A stretch of DNA of 63,307 bases, filler included, from Reticulomyxa filosa (taxonomy: Eukaryota > Protista > Foraminifera), in NCBI GenBank assembly GCA_000512085.1. It is 29 parts of 29 records of this genome, joined end to end, with 100 filler letters (N's around TTAATTAATTAA, not from the genome) between each part and the next. Parts side by side here need not be neighbours in the genome. Positions count along the whole stretch, not along the records: positions 61,454 to 63,307 come from ASPP01028979.1; 28 more parts are not named here. One strand, written 5' to 3'. Positions 62,672 to 63,307 of the stretch are shown piece by piece. How positions within the stretch are numbered: the stretch's first letter is position 1; each line of letters starts with the position of its first letter. The notes under the pieces were generated by a model. That model ran no database searches, was not told where the DNA came from, and saw only the letters and a program-made list of their open reading frames with translations. The position numbers were made by a program, and so were the translations under genes.

Positions 62672-62981
62672 AGCGGCATAGCTCAACGGTAGAGCCCGCT
62701 AGAAAAGTAAGGGGGACTAGGGCCATCCACTCTCAGGGCTTCGGGATTGCTCGGAGTTCGGGAGAGTGGCGTAACTTCAAAAGGGTTACTGGGTTGGTCT
62801 GTGTTGCGGGGGTGCGTCAGGCATATATAAGCTTAAGTCGCAGGGGCTTATATTTTGCTTGCCCTCAATGTGGGCACACATTGATCTCATGTGGGAGGTA
62901 GCAATATCTTCCATGTGGGGTTTTTGTGCAGCCCCCTTTACTTTCCAGGCGGAGATGTGGGTCCGACTCCCACTGTCGCTT
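62672..62981 (+). ncRNA. tRNA-like RNA of ~310 nt with a large structured insertion replacing the anticodon loop
   Basis: Acceptor AGCGGCA/TGTCGCT (7 bp), T8-A9, D arm GCTC-AACGGTA-GAGC with a consensus A box (TAGCTCAACGG), T arm GTGGG-TCCGACT-CCCAC (B box with C55) and an A15-T48 pair. Segment 62696-62715 pairs with 62932-62952. It is a GC-rich island in AT-rich DNA. Confidence 0.85.
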
Positions 62982-62987
62982 ATATTA

Positions 62988-62996
62988 TTTTTTTTT
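62988..62996 (+). terminator. Candidate Pol III terminator (T9)
   Basis: A run of nine T starts 7 nt after the acceptor stem. T runs are common in this genome, so the support is positional only. Confidence 0.5.
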
Positions 62997-63307
62997 ATAA
63001 AAAAAAAAACAACAGCTCAAACAACACTCAAATGATAATAAAAAAAAGATTACCAGAAATATTACCTTGTATTTGCCAAATGTCCCCCATTTGACTTGCA
63101 CATTGATTTTTGATCGTGTAACAATGTAATGTGCGCTGATCGTTGCAACATGTTTGTTGTACAAAAGCATAAAAGGTGCTTTTGTCGACGAGAGGCGAGA
63201 TTGCATGTTTGTCTTTGAATAGCCCCCTTTTTTTTTTTTTTTAAGTAAGCATGTGCATCGTGCGTGCAAAAAGACTTAGTCCATTACTCCTTCAAATAGT
63301 TATAATG

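Noticed and set aside
62701-62940. Insert as a group I intron, tmRNA, SRP, RNase P/MRP or telomerase RNA
   Set aside because: GACTA has no TAGTC partner for P7 and there is no suitable terminal G. There is no G3-U70 pair and a D stem is present. No SRP helix-8 internal loop is seen. GGGGCTTA is tied up in a local hairpin and has no matching GAAAGTCCCC-type partner. No C-rich telomeric template is visible. These were judged by eye, so cmscan is still needed.
62891-63094. 67-aa ORF overlapping the tRNA-like RNA
   Set aside because: It has a GTG start, runs through T and A homopolymers and has no motif. The GC content is explained by RNA structure.

Overview
This window is not one locus. It is about 29 short, unordered contigs joined by 28 artificial 100-nt linkers (N44-TTAATTAATTAA-N44, stops in all six frames), so nothing across a linker implies synteny. 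Almost all contigs are AT-rich eukaryotic DNA with short GT-AG introns and many decayed paralogs (Kelch-like, RING/TRAF-WD40, NACHT, PUB-like). That gene-family signature resembles the foraminiferan Reticulomyxa (inference, not searched). Recognisable genes or fragments: cytoplasmic dynein heavy chain, MAP2K-like kinase, Spinster-type MFS transporter, sphingosine/DAG-kinase-like protein, PP2C, Cys glutathione peroxidase, Rrp6/EXOSC10, a secreted Kelch protein, a CaMK-like kinase tail, a voltage-gated Ca/Na channel repeat, a USP-like fragment and an HSP90 pseudogene. There are also Tc1 (DD34E) and Ty3/gypsy remnants and one GC-rich bacterial contig with a UbiA-family prenyltransferase. The standout is a ~310-nt GC-rich tRNA-shaped RNA at 62672-62981. 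Its acceptor stem, D arm and T arm are intact, but the anticodon arm is extended into a ~20-bp helix carrying a ~215-nt multi-hairpin domain. Other highlights are a SAM-like domain inserted in the dynein tail, a channel pore with Gln at the selectivity-filter position, and an Rrp6 lacking catalytic residues. All alignments and folds were done by eye.
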